Positions 1 to 11,619 of a DNA stretch of 22,286 nucleotides are shown here, one piece after another. Both the position numbers and the translations under genes were made by a program. How positions within the stretch are numbered: position 1 is the first letter of the stretch; each line of letters starts with the position of its first letter. The notes below the pieces were generated by a model, which was not told the origin of the DNA, ran no database searches, and saw only the letters and a list, made by a program, of their open reading frames with translations. The DNA is from Ginkgo biloba (Eukaryota; Plantae; Ginkgophyta): positions 124,488,944-124,511,229 of the forward strand of contig JANKJI020000004.1 in assembly GCA_024626585.2 (NCBI GenBank), given 5' to 3'.

Positions 1-531
1 TCTGAACCAAACACTCCAAAGAGAGATGAAGGAGAACCCAACACCTCAAAGACTCTATTCCAAGTTGAAGCGAAAGTGGAGATTCGGTCATATGATGGAA
101 AAATAGAGCCCAAGAAGCTAAACAACTGGGTCAGATAGCTCAAAGTCTATTTCAGTTGTTATGCATTTGCTGATAAAGAAAAGATTTCTTCCTCCTGAAT
201 GAAGAGGGAAGGATATGCACTTCTTTGGTGGGAAAGTTTATGCCAAGAGAGGTTCCTCAGCAAGAAGAAACCTATGGTTGATTGGGAGGAGTTCAAGACT
301 CTTGTCAAAACTCAGTTTTACCTAATGGGTTATGAGGGGGAGCAAGAGTTTCAATGGCACTACCTAAAACAACGCTAAGGGAAACGAGTCCAGGAGTACA
401 TAGATGAATTCAAAAAATAATGTCTGCAACTCAACATCAACTAGGAAGATTAGAAGACCATGATGAAGTACCTTAGTGGGATGTACAGTCATATTAAGAA
501 GGAAGTTATTATTTTCCAAGTGAATACCCTT
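1..531 (+). pseudogene. gag: Ty3/gypsy retrotransposon gag (capsid region), decayed
   Basis: Frame +1 translates to KVEIRSYDGKIEPKKLNNWVR*LKVYF...GYALLWWESL...DWEEFKTLVKTQFY...WHYLKQR*GKRVQEYIDEF...MMKYLSGMYSHIKKEV. This has the Retrotrans_gag pattern (A-x-x-WW, W-x-x-FK, LxQ...V-x-EY...F). Six in-frame stops, no frameshift; it ends abruptly at 531. Confidence 0.85.
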
Positions 532-1336
532 CTGTCTGGGATCTACTTTTGCACTGTTGTTGAGTGATTTTTCTTTAGCTAGAATTAGAAAAGCAAGCTT
601 ACTAATCTCATCGTCCATACAGCATTGAGTGAACGTTCCCTTTGAATTAGAAAATTTGACGATTGCTTTTCGTTTATATTGATTCAAAGGTATTTTAAAC
701 CGGAAGTACAGTTCGGGCAAAGGGCTTTTCACAAATTTTGTCAAAAAATAAATAAATAAAGCAACTTCAAACTTTAGCCAAGCTTCTATGGCCTCAAAAT
801 GCAAAACACATGAGCCACGAAAATATGTGTTTTACCAACGTAGATAGAAATTTCGCAACACCCAATAGGATGGGAACCATGCTTTACCACCTGCCTTATA
901 TTCCAATGGGAACTGAAAATATAAATGATAGAGAGAGAGAGGGGCATTGCTTAATGTAACAAATAGGCGAGAGTTACAGTAACCAAAATTAGAGAACCTC
1001 AATGACCAATGTAGCGATCTGGCATTTGCTTAATATGTATTTCTCTTAAGATTTGATAATTCTAGAAAGGAGATAAATGTTCAACACTCCCTGTACTATG
1101 TCTATTCATAGTCCTTGGAATGGGATACCTATTTTTCCAAATTAATTAATGCCCATCTCTAAGATTAGAGTTGTGTAGATGGTTTTTGCTTGGTACCTCC
1201 ATTATTTATTTATGGTGTGGGTGTAAGTACAATTTANNNNNNNNNNNNNNNNNNNNNNNNNNNNNNNNNNNNNNNNNNNNNNNNNNNNNNNNNNNNNNNN
1301 NNNNNNNNNNNNNNNNNNNNNNNNNNNNNNNNNNNN

Positions 1337-1588
1337 CACTTCTTATAACACCTCCATTAAAATGATCCCATTTGAGGCTCTATACAGATATCAACCACTT
1401 TGTATCAAAAGTTACACATCTGACTATCCAAGGGTAAAAATAGTTGTAAACCACCTAAAATAGGTAGAGAAAACCATCATATTTCTTAAGGATAATCTAT
1501 AATTAGCACAAAATAGAATGAAGCAATAAGAGGATCAACAAAAAAGTGAACAACATTCGAGGTGGATGAATAGGTGTACTTAAGGTTG
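1337..1588 (+). pseudogene. Ty3/gypsy integrase C-terminal fragment
   Basis: Translates to TSYNTSIKMIPFEALYRYQP...FLKDNL*LAQNRMKQ*EDQQKSE, then after a frameshift TFEVDE*VYLRL. This matches the gypsy integrase tail YNTS...TPFEALYG...LAQNRMKQQAD...F-x-VG-x-x-VYLRL. Confidence 0.8.
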
Positions 1589-2650
1589 AGTTGTTTTCAG
1601 TAAAGGCTCTTGATGAAGCCTATTAAAAGGCCATGTTAGTCAAAGCTAAGTATTTATGGTAAGGTAAGACCTTAGCTAAAAGGAGTTCCTCTTCATCAAG
1701 AATGATATCCAAAATAGCATGAAGATGCAAAAAACTCTAGAAAGGATGAACTACAACCTCCATTTAATAAAGGGGATTGGGAGGTTCTTGTACAACTACA
1801 AAACCTACTATTACTTGCAGATATTACAAGAAAGTGGGGTATAAGGTTGTTGATTGTTGGCAACAACATCTAGGGAAGTGTCTAAAGCGAACAGTGCAAA
1901 TACAAGCCGTAGAGGAAGATGTTCTAATACCAACAATGGTAAATGAAAATTTAGCTTTGATGGCCCGTAAGGAAGACTTGGATGAATAGAGAGAAGCTCT
2001 TTGTTACAAAATCCTAAATAAAGAAGAGTTTGTTTTTTGCAATCCTTGACCCAAGGAGTAAAAACAAATTGTTGTTTGAAGCTATTGTTTAGCAATTCGA
2101 GTTAGCTACAACCTCACATTTTCAACAATACAATTTATGTTGTCTTAATAAGTCTTCAGAGCAGGTCGTCACTAAATACTATAAGTTGAAATTTTCTATT
2201 ACAACAACATATATTGATGAAACTATCTTTGATATGATTTTTCTATATGTTTGTGGAGTTATCTTTAGTAGTCCCTATTTATGGGATCAAGATGCATCAT
2301 TCTGAAGGAGGCCTAACCAATATCGCTTAGTTAAAGAACATATGATTTTCTTGATTTAATCACAATAGAATCAAAATTCCTTATAGCTAATTATAGTAAC
2401 ACAAGCTAAGAGGCTTGTAAATGCACCTCATAAGTTCATGTTGTTCTTGTTGCGACTATAGAAATATGAGACAAACAATTTGTAACATGAGATAAACCAT
2501 TTTCAACCCAAGACAAATGGTTTGGAAACTAAGACAAATGGAGTATGGAAGGAACCAACCGTGTCACTTGAACAACATGTAGAGTTGAATAAGGTGTTTT
2601 CCAAGTATGTAGAGTTGTTTGAGTAACCTAATGAGTTGCCTCTAATATGG
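1582..2650 (+). pseudogene. Ty3/gypsy gag C-terminus (decayed CCHC knuckle), aspartic protease region and pre-RT linker
   Basis: Reads KVELFSVKALDEAY*KAML (gag end), CRYYKKVGYKVVDC (CCHC spacing with C/H changed to Y), AILDPRS (decayed D-x-GS protease site), YYKLKFSITTTYIDE...YVCGVIFSSPYLWDQDA (protease C-terminal part) and VELFE*PNELP (pre-RT linker). Several stops and frameshifts. Confidence 0.75.
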
Positions 2651-2658
2651 ATCAGGGG

Positions 2659-4551
2659 TGTTACTAATTATAAATTTCTTAAAATACATGCATGTAAAAA
2701 TTATAAATAAAAAGTAACTCTAACCCCTTTATACTCCTTTTGTACAATTAGGATTTATATATTTTGTTAATAAGCAATACCCCTATTTTGCACTCATGTG
2801 GTTTTGTATAAATTTCTTGAGTGACTTCTCGAGAACTAGAGTTAGTAAACAGCTAAAGTTTATGTTGATGAGTTAGTTTAAAATCATAATTTAATTAGTC
2901 AAAAGTAGGAAGATGTTATGTTATGAAGAAAAAATTCTCTAAACATAGTTTGGCACTCAAATAAAAAAATTAAGTGATAAAGTATCATCTCAAATTTGGT
3001 AAATTGTGTTTTTTTATCAAAGTAAACCATGTGAGGGAGATTAATAGAAGCATAATCCTCCTCTTGAAGATTAATTTGCTTCTATTAAAGCTAGAATTCC
3101 ATTTTCTTCTAAGGAGAAAAAGGGCATTATTTATTATGTATGGCTATCCATTTCATCCAATGGCTTATTCGATAGGTGGTTAAGATTATTATCTCAATTC
3201 TCTAGAGCTTAAGAGAGAGAAGGGGTGAAGTATGATTTTATGAAGGTAGCGTACCAGATCTATAAGGGTCTATCTATCTAAATTAATTATTCCGTTTCTA
3301 ACTTATTTGTTTATTCTTTTGTGTGTAGTTTGTTAATCATAATATTGATTTAGTATGCTAACCCTAAAAGTAGAATAGTAGATTTGTGCACTTATAATCC
3401 ATATAGGTTTCACATAGAGTCGATGAAAAGTGAGGAGCATGGGATAAGAACTTGAAGAGAAGTTATTCAAAATTTTCCATATCCAAGTAAGTGTCTTACT
3501 CTTCTTGTTNNNNNNNNNNNNNNNNNNNNNNNNNNNNNNNNNNNNNNNNNNNNNNNNNNNNNNNNNNNNNNNNNNNNNNNNNNNNNNNNNNNNNNNNNNN
3601 NNNNNNNNNNNNNNNNNNNNNNNNNNNNNNNNNNNNNNNNNNNNNNNNNNNNNNNNNNNNNNNNNNNNNNNNNNNNNNNNNNNNNNNNNNNNNNNNNNNN
3701 NNNNNNNNNNNNNNNNNNNNNNNNNNNNNNNNNNNNNNNNNNNNNNNNNNNNNNNNNNNNNNNNNNNNNNNNNNNNNNNNNNNNNNNNNNNNNNNNNNNN
3801 NNNNNNNNNNNNNNNNNNNNNNNNNNNNNNNNNNNNNNNNNNNNNNNNNNNNNNNNNNNNNNNNNNNNNNNNNNNNNNNNNNNNNNNNNNNNNNNNNNNN
3901 NNNNNNNNNNNNNNNNNNNNNNNNNNNNNNNNNNNNNNNNNNNNNNNNNNNNNNNNNNNNNNNNNNNNNNNNNNNNNNNNNNNNNNNNNNNNNNNNNNNN
4001 NNNNNNNNNNNNNNNNNNNNNNNNNNNNNNNNNNNNNNNNNNNNNNNNNNNNNNNNNNNNNNNNNNNNNNNNNNNNNNNNNNNNNNNNNNNNNNNNNNNN
4101 NNNNNNNNNNNNNNNNNNNNNNNNNNNNNNNNNNNNNNNNNNNNNNNNNNNNNNNNNNNNNNNNNNNNNNNNNNNNNNNNNNNNNNNNNNNNNNNNNNNN
4201 NNNNNNNNNNNNNNNNNNNNNNNNNNNNNNNNNNNNNNNNNNNNNNNNNNNNNNNNNNNNNNNNNNNNNNNNNNNNNNNNNNNNNNNNNNNNNNNNNNNN
4301 NNNNNNNNNNNNNNNNNNNNNNNNNNNNNNNNNNNNNNNNNNNNNNNNNNNNNNNNNNNNNNNNNNNNNNNNNNNNNNNNNNNNNNNNNNNNNNNNNNNN
4401 NNNNNNNNNNNNNNNNNNNNNNNNNNNNNNNNNNNNNNNNNNNNNNNNNNNNNNNNNNNNNNNNNNNNNNNNNNNNNNNNNNNNNNNNNNNTATGTTCTT
4501 ATGTTCTCCAATCTTTGAGTGAAGCAATTCTTTATCATCTCCAATTTTTCA
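2659..4551 (+). mobile_element. Putative 5' LTR of a nested LTR retrotransposon (spans a ~980-N gap)
   Basis: Begins TGTTAC where the gypsy pol homology stops and ends ...TTTTTCA 2 nt before a PBS. Non-coding, with a T-rich U5-like tract. The two ends lie either side of a gap, so continuity is inferred. Confidence 0.45.
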
Positions 4552-4553
4552 CG

Positions 4554-4564
4554 TGGTATCAGAG
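4554..4564 (+). promoter_or_regulatory. Primer-binding site for initiator tRNA-Met
   Basis: TGGTATCAGAG directly after CA+CG; canonical plant LTR-retrotransposon PBS. Confidence 0.8.
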
Positions 4565-6293
4565 AAAGCATTCCTACTGTGTATTCTTAATGTCTCTTCA
4601 TCACTAACATAGAAATGATGTGCTCTAAGTGTAGGAGGGATGCAAGCAATGTGTAAGGTTTCATGTCAATGCCTACAACAGTTATTTTTTGTCAATGCAA
4701 GGCTTCATGTCGATGGCGGAGCTCTTAGAGGTGGTCAAATTCTGTTGCATCTATTGAAAATCCATATTCAATGCTAGTTATAAAGAAGATTAAGTAAATA
4801 ATGTCAGGGTCGAGTTGCTTGGTTGTCAAGGAAGGAGCCATTGTGAGCGAGAGAAAGACTATAAGGTTTAAGTCTCTCTTAGTTTCTAAAGCCTAAGCAT
4901 TTTGACAAGCATAGATTGCAACAATGTGATGGACGAATTTATTTTTAGGGTTGCCTTTGAAGTAGGGGTAACAAATTCTAAAGGATCGCCTCAGAGCATT
5001 CCCAAGAAGGTTAGACTCTAAGTGTTGGAAGCAAAGGATTGATGCGCACAATTATGCTCAAATCATGGTATGGATTATTATCAACGAGAAGTAGTTATGG
5101 ACTTTGTACACTAGTGACTCAACCATTAGATATCATTCTACATCTGCAACACTACACAATCCTCCTTTTGGGTGTAGAGAAAAGGAGCAAGTTGGATTCA
5201 TGTATGAGATGTAACTATATGGAAGAAATACTATACGGTTCCATATCTCCACTAGACGAAGGGTACCAGACAGAAGGCATATGGTTATTATGCAAAATTA
5301 TAATGAAGATATAAAATGAAACTGTTACCTAAGAAGGAAACCTTAGAGAAAGTGTAATAGGGTCATCCCCTAGGGTGAGCAAGAAATTGGTACTGCACTA
5401 GAGACGAAAACTACAAGTTATCTCTGATATTGCATCAGATGAGATAAATTATGGTAAAGGAAGAATGTTTACAAAATCTAAGTGAAGCTTTTGATGACCG
5501 AAGTGATAATAATGACATAAAAAAAGACACAGTGGTAGATAGAGATATAAACTCAGGGTTCAATAGGCAGAAATAGAAAGCACCCTTCAACGAGTCAAGT
5601 TTGACCTTTTTCATTTTAGAAACCACTCTATTACCATTACCATAATCTAGACGAGGTTTTGGGAGCTCTACAAGTAAGGTNNNNNNNNNNNNNNNNNNNN
5701 NNNNNNNNNNNNNNAGATAAACGTTGATTTGGCATTTTTACAGGGGATTTAGTTGAGATACTTGAGAAGAATTCATAAGTTTATCCTAAGTGGCAGGGAA
5801 TTTGATTTAAAGCAAGTGCATCAAGCAATGAGAGTATCATTATTATGATGCCACTAGAATGATCATTTATGTGATTGGGTCACGTTATAATAGTGATTAC
5901 ATTCAAATATAGCGAGGACCTATTTGATTGATGCTGACNNNNNNNNNNAAGGCATATAAGATTTTATTGAAGGCTTGGGAAGCATCTGTAAGTGCTTTAA
6001 ATTTTGGGATTCTAATGAGTGTTTCTTGTAAATAGGTTGCATAAGTTATTCAGAGAGATGCCCTTGAGCTTATGCCTCACTTAACAAAGTCTACATGAAC
6101 AGGAATTGGGATTGAGTTTTGAGAGTTGGGTTTACAAGTTTAAATGATAGGAATGATAAAATTTTAAAATCAAGGATGGTTTTCAATGTGTCTCTTGGAT
6201 TTCAGAATTTACAGTTGGAAACTAGCAATCCAAAGACTCAAAACTATTCTTTGATGCTTGTTGACACAGTGGTTATTAAGGATAAAGGTGTTA
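4565..6293 (+). mobile_element. Highly decayed internal region of the LTR element primed at 4554
   Basis: Lies downstream of the PBS and looks like decayed coding sequence (weak gag-like hints such as CMRC near 5200). No domain can be named confidently. Confidence 0.3.
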
Positions 6294-6407
6294 NNNNNNN
6301 NNNNNNNNNNNNNNNNNNNNNNNNNNNNNNNNNNNNNNNNNNNNNNNNNNNNNNNNNNNNNNNNNNNNNNNNNNNNNNNNNNNNNNNNNNNNNTAAAATA
6401 CCTCAAC

Positions 6408-7412
6408 AAAAAGAAAAAGGGGGGATTGTGGGGTCTCATCCCTATAATGGTGCCAATTGGCACTATCGCAAGGCCTCCGCACCCCATGATCATAAAGATA
6501 AGGAGATAAAGGGAGAGTGTGTGAGTCTCATCCCCCATGATGGTGCCAAGTAGTGCCATCACATGGCCCAGCAGCTCAGATTTGCATCAAGCAGCACAAA
6601 AGGGGGCAGTGCCCCAACTCAAGGCTTAATAGGTTATCATATGGCAACCCCCCTAGGGATCCTCCCATAGGGCATTCAAAAAGGAATCAAAGGGTGGAAT
6701 CACAATGAATGAGTCCTCAGGATCCCACCAAGTGACGATTTCATGAGGCCTCCCTCTGTGCAATAGAGAAAAGGCCATAAAGACTCAAAGGAGGGCCCCG
6801 TGCACCTAGAGGGATTGGTAGGACACCAAGTATCAGAATCTCAGGGGGCTCCTCCCCCAGGTTCATTTTAAATAAAAGGACTAACTCCCCCCAATTCAAA
6901 GTAGAGACTCTAAAGGGTCCTGCGATGGCACCGTATGATACCATCTCAAAAGCCCTCCTCCCTCACACCCAGCTCAAATAGTGAGTACAAAGTAAAAAGG
7001 GTGAAAAAGGCCTATGTAGGTGCATGTGATTATGCCATGTGGCACGATCGCATGCACCCTTAAATCACAGTTCAAAAAGTGATCCCAAGAATAATTTTAC
7101 GGGGATTCTCAGGGGTCTGATTTGCAGGTGAAAAGAGGCCTGATGATAGGGGAATCTAACCTGGCTCCAAAGGAAGAGGGTTTTCACACAAAGAGGAGAA
7201 ATCAAAGGGATCATTTTGGCTTCTAATGTTTCTTATCAGCGGATGAACACTACGAGCCTCATCATTAATGCAAAGAGACTCATATCATCTCCTCACCCAC
7301 CAGATATGGATCAGAAGTCATGGGCGACCTATCGACAGTTATTATTAGTCTCAATCAAGATGATTTTTATCTCATTAAGCATGGCATCCCACCTCCTTGT
7401 ACAACAATCCAT
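6408..7412 (+). mobile_element. Polypurine tract and GC-richer 3' LTR
   Basis: AAAAAGAAAAAGGGGGGA (6408-6425) is followed by TGTGGGG at 6427, with a shift to higher GC and non-coding sequence. The right end is lost in a gap. Confidence 0.55.
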
Positions 7413-7695
7413 NNNNNNNNNNNNNNNNNNNNNNNNNNNNNNNNNNNNNNNNNNNNNNNNNNNNNNNNNNNNNNNNNNNNNNNNNNNNNNNNNNNNNNNN
7501 NNNNNNNNNNNNAGTCCATATACCTTTTTCTTATTTTTTCAAAAATCTAACTACTTAGTAAAATATACCCCAATCCAATTTCAATATTTGATTGCTAATA
7601 ATAAAATATACATAAATGTTTACCTATTGGAACTAATGATTAATTTTGGTTAGCTCAATACTTAATATAGTTGCTAACTATTATTTGCCCATGAT

Positions 7696-7708
7696 ACACA
7701 CACACACA
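7696..7708 (+). repeat. (AC)n microsatellite
   Basis: ACACACACACACA. Confidence 0.85.
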
Positions 7709-7711
7709 TAC

Positions 7712-8465
7712 ATGTATCGTGTGGCCATATGAGTTATATTTTATCTTTCCACATGGGTCTTTTACACACTACGGATCACAAATTGAAGTATATGCATGCG
7801 GTTTCACCAAATTTGACACATGAACATGGTCTTCTCTTATGATATCATTGGCCAAAAAATAAATATGAACATTACTGTGTACATCAAAAAGGAACCTATG
7901 ACCTTGAGAAGCTCATCTTGGATAATATCATGCATTATATAGTATTTCATGATTTTTTACTATAGTCAAGGTCATAAGGTTAAATTCATCATGTAAATAC
8001 CCCTTGTTTACAAGGCAAAAGTGNNNNNNNNNNTTCCACATTATCATCTAAAGGATTTCATCTTCATTTCTAGTGTTGAATTTCTTTATATAGATCACTT
8101 AAGAAACCTTGATTTAATCTATAAGTCTTGGGTATCATAAGGTATCATTATTAGTTTGTATCTTAACACCTTGAAGGCAATTTCACCATCCATTTTGACA
8201 TGTCTACTTCTTGCAAGGCATAAGAAAAGGAGGATTATAATTTATTCCATTACATCATCCCAAGTTAATAAGAATGCCTATGTTTNNNNNNNNNNNNNNN
8301 NNNNNNNTAATAAAATCATTTCTTTGTTATAAAATTCTTCGTGTATATTATTGTCTTTTATTCTCAATATAGAGGTTATTATATATGCATACTTGCATCT
8401 TTTATTTAGAGCATATTTTTTCTTGTCTCTCTTTGTGTCCATTATTGTAAATAGAAAAATCAATC
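7712..8465 (-). repeat. Left arm of a long inverted repeat (partner 9148-9912)
   Basis: Reverse complement aligns collinearly with 9148-9912, e.g. GTAGTGTG...GACCCATGTG-AAAGATAAAATATAA, AAGGTCATAGGT, ATGAAATCCTTTAGATGATAA, AAAATGGATGGTGAAA, TATGCATATATAATAACCTCTATATTGAGAA. Confidence 0.9.
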
Positions 8466-9147
8466 AAGGAGACCATTTCACCACCAATGGGAAAAGAATC
8501 ATCAAAGGACTTACTCCTATATAAGGACAACTTGCACCACACTTAGTTGTATTTATTATGTTATATNNNNNNNNNNNNNNNNNNNNNNNNNNNNNNNNNN
8601 NNNNNNNNNNNNNNNNNNNNNNNNNNNNNNNNNNNNNNNNNNNNNNNNNNNNNNNNNNNNNNNNNNTACAAGTTTGAAGTCTTAATTCTTATTTTTTGGC
8701 TTTTAGATTCTTATCTTAATCTCTTGCTAGATTTTTTCTTTGTTTAGAATCCTTCTTATTGTTGTAATCTTATGTAGGTTAATATTTGGTTTGATACTCA
8801 AATAGCAAACTCATACATGCAAAGCCTATACATTTTAAGATAATTTTTTTTTAAGCTTTGAGGAAAAGGTGCAGTGCTCCATTAGGAGAAGATGCGATGC
8901 CCAATAGAAAAAGGCATGGCACTTAGGAGGAAGTGCAATGCATACTGTGCACATACCCACAAGCCATATGAGAATTAGTTTTTGTAGTTGGGGCCAAAGT
9001 TTGGCTTCCTACATGAACCATTGAAGTCATATTGACCTCTGCTACATACCTATGTTGATTAAGAACTTGCAACATGTGTGTTCTTATTAATTAAAATTAT
9101 TTTTCTCTCATTGTTGCCTTGTGGGGATTCATTTTTTGTAAATCCTA

Positions 9148-9912
9148 CCTGATGTTTTTATTACCTACAATAATGGATGCAAAGAGAGATAAGAAAAAAT
9201 ATGGTCTAAAGAAAATATGTAAATATGCATATATAATAACCTCTATATTGAGAAGAAAAGGAAATAATATACACCAAGAATTTGATAACAAAGAAATTAT
9301 TTTATTAATGGAGGCAAGGTGGCAATAAAACATGGGTATTCTTACTAAGTGAGAATTATACAATGGAATAAATAATAATACTACTCTCCTTCTCCTATAA
9401 AATAATTTGATGCACCAAAATGGATGGTGAAAATTCCCAATGATACCTTATATATACATACAAATTCACAATTATACCTTATGATGCCCAAGCCTTGTAG
9501 ATTAAATTAAGAATTATAAATTGATATATATAAAGAAAGTGAACACTAAAAACAAATATGAAATCCTTTAGATGATAACGTAGAAACTATAATAGATATC
9601 CCCACTTATTTCTTGTAAGTAAGGGGTATTTATATGATGAATTTAGCATTATGACTTCAACAATAGTAAAAACTCTTAAAATGAAACATATTGCATCACA
9701 TTATCTACGATAAGCTTCCTAAGGTCATAGGTCTCTTTGTTATGTACATAATAATGTTAATATTTCTTTATTATCTAATGATATCGTAAGATAAGACCAT
9801 CTCCATGTGTTAAATATTATGAAACCCCATGCATGTACTTTAATCTATGATGTGTAGTGTGTTAAAGGACCCATGTGAAAAGATAAAATATAATTATATG
9901 ACCACATGGTAT
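9148..9912 (+). repeat. Right arm of a long inverted repeat (partner 7712-8465)
   Basis: As for the left arm. The ORF-track peptides at 8278-8463(-) and 9119-9328(+) are near-identical (TIMD[TA]KRDKKKY...CKYAYIITSILR). Confidence 0.9.
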
Positions 9913-9986
9913 AATATCCTTGAGAATATGAGATTAATATTTGATATCAATATATTAATAAGATGTGATAATATAATATGATAGGG

Positions 9987-10001
9987 GTGTGTGTGTGTGT
10001 G
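9987..10001 (+). repeat. (GT)n microsatellite running into a gap
   Basis: GTGTGTGTGTGTGTG followed by Ns. Confidence 0.9.
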
Positions 10002-11165
10002 NNNNNNNNNNNNNNNNNNNNNNNNNNNNNNNNNNNNNNNNNNNNNNNNNNNNNNNNNNNNNNNNNNNNNNNNNNNNNNNNNNNNNNNNNNNNNNNNNNN
10101 NTGATGTCATATATTAGGTATCTAAATGTAAATGCAATGATAATGCACGAATGATGATAAAGGACCAAAGGCACAACAAAATGCGCTTATATAAACTCTA
10201 CAAATTAATTATTATTGTAAAATATCACTAAGAAGATGTGCAATTATATATATCCATCAATAAATATACCATGGGATACAAAATGAGAATGAATTCAAGT
10301 GGTAAACTAATAAATAACCACTCAATCACCAAAATTGACAAAATTTGGTTATTGATGAAAAGTGCAACTAAATGATCAAATGATGATCAAAACTACTACA
10401 TGGAGGAAACTCTAATGTGGGATGTCCTTGACCATACCATATGGAAAATAATATATAGTGTAATAACACCCAAAATACCTCAATGATATACTTTTTAAGG
10501 GAAATATATAATGATAAAATAGAAATTGATGGCATCTAAACAGCAGATGATGGATTCATATGAATGGATCCAATAATAAGGCACATAATATAAATGGAAA
10601 ACTCAACTAAATGTATGATCCTCATGATGAAATTGGGACCCAAGTGTAATCATTTTGAAAGACATTAATATCATATATGAACCACATCTATCAATGCCCC
10701 CCAAATATCTACTACTTTTAGAAGATGAAAAGATATATATACAACTATGAGGCTTTTTCTTATAGGTGTGGAATGACCAACTTGTATGAAAAATAAAATG
10801 TCACCATAAAAAGATAATGTATAATCACAATTATACGTCTTCCTTTGATTCTTATGTGTACTAAGAAGTAAATTATGATATAATACCTACATGGAGAACC
10901 TCTAAACACCCCATGATGTGAGCACNNNNNNNNNNNNNNNNNNNNNNNNNNNNNNNNNNNNNNNNNNNNNNNNNNNNNNNNNNNNNNNNNNNNNNNNNNN
11001 NNNNNNNNNNNNNNNNNNNNNNNNNTTAACCTAAAGAGAAGCCTAAGATGCAGGTAGTCCTAGTGGTAGTTGAAAGAATTAAAGATGGTAGTTGGAAGAT
11101 ACCTACCAACATACTCTTCTTCTATGAATGAAGAGTAAAAGTGATTTTAATGCCTCACCAACCCT

Positions 11166-11613
11166 AGAGAAGAAAAGGGGCATGTTGAGTTACAAAGAGA
11201 AGATGGCAAGAAAAAGGAGCAATAGAGTGAGAGAGAATAGGAGGAGTAACAGAGTAGGAGAGAGAAAAAGGAGCCATAGAGCGGGAGAAGAGGAAAGAAA
11301 TTGAGAAGGAAGAGCGAGGTAGTTCAGGTGGAAAAGTTGGAGATAAGAATCATATAGCAGGAAGATCGTCAAACGTAAGGTAGCTTGTAGAATGTGTGTT
11401 GAGAAGCATTATTTACAATAGTATAATCATATGTATTATATATGTAATACTCATTGCAGACTTTATAATAGAAGAGCTTTATTATCCAGATGTATTATTA
11501 TGTATGTGTGCTTATTTATTGTTGTTTGTATCTCTCTATCTTTCTATAATTTATCTAGTGCAAGTAGTTTTATGTTCATAGGCATAGCGCTCACTCATTT
11601 CAGTGAGATAACA
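11166..11613 (+). mobile_element. PPT and ~430-bp 3' LTR (11183-11613)
   Basis: Purine tract AGAGAAGAAAAGGGG (11166-11180), then TGTT...AACA termini. AG-rich U3-like first half, T-rich second half. It abuts and truncates the copia gag. Confidence 0.6.
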
Positions 11614-11619
11614 TCAAGT

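Noticed and set aside
364-804. 146-aa minus-strand ORF
   Set aside because: It crosses the gag/non-gag junction, is partly antisense to gag and has no recognisable domain.
527-1611. Apparent 5-bp TSD CCCTT/CTCTT suggesting one insertion splitting a single gag
   Set aside because: The downstream gag resumes about 9 codons before the breakpoint with a different sequence, so it is another copy and the match reflects homologous codons.
3333-4571. Long ORFs of 337-412 aa, and others such as 17287-17802 and 15387-15738
   Set aside because: They are open only because they run through N gaps; no coding evidence.
9119-9328. Paralogous small ORFs (with 8278-8463) as a functional gene pair
   Set aside because: About 9 non-synonymous versus 4 synonymous codon differences and stops just downstream; consistent with neutral decay of a repeat.
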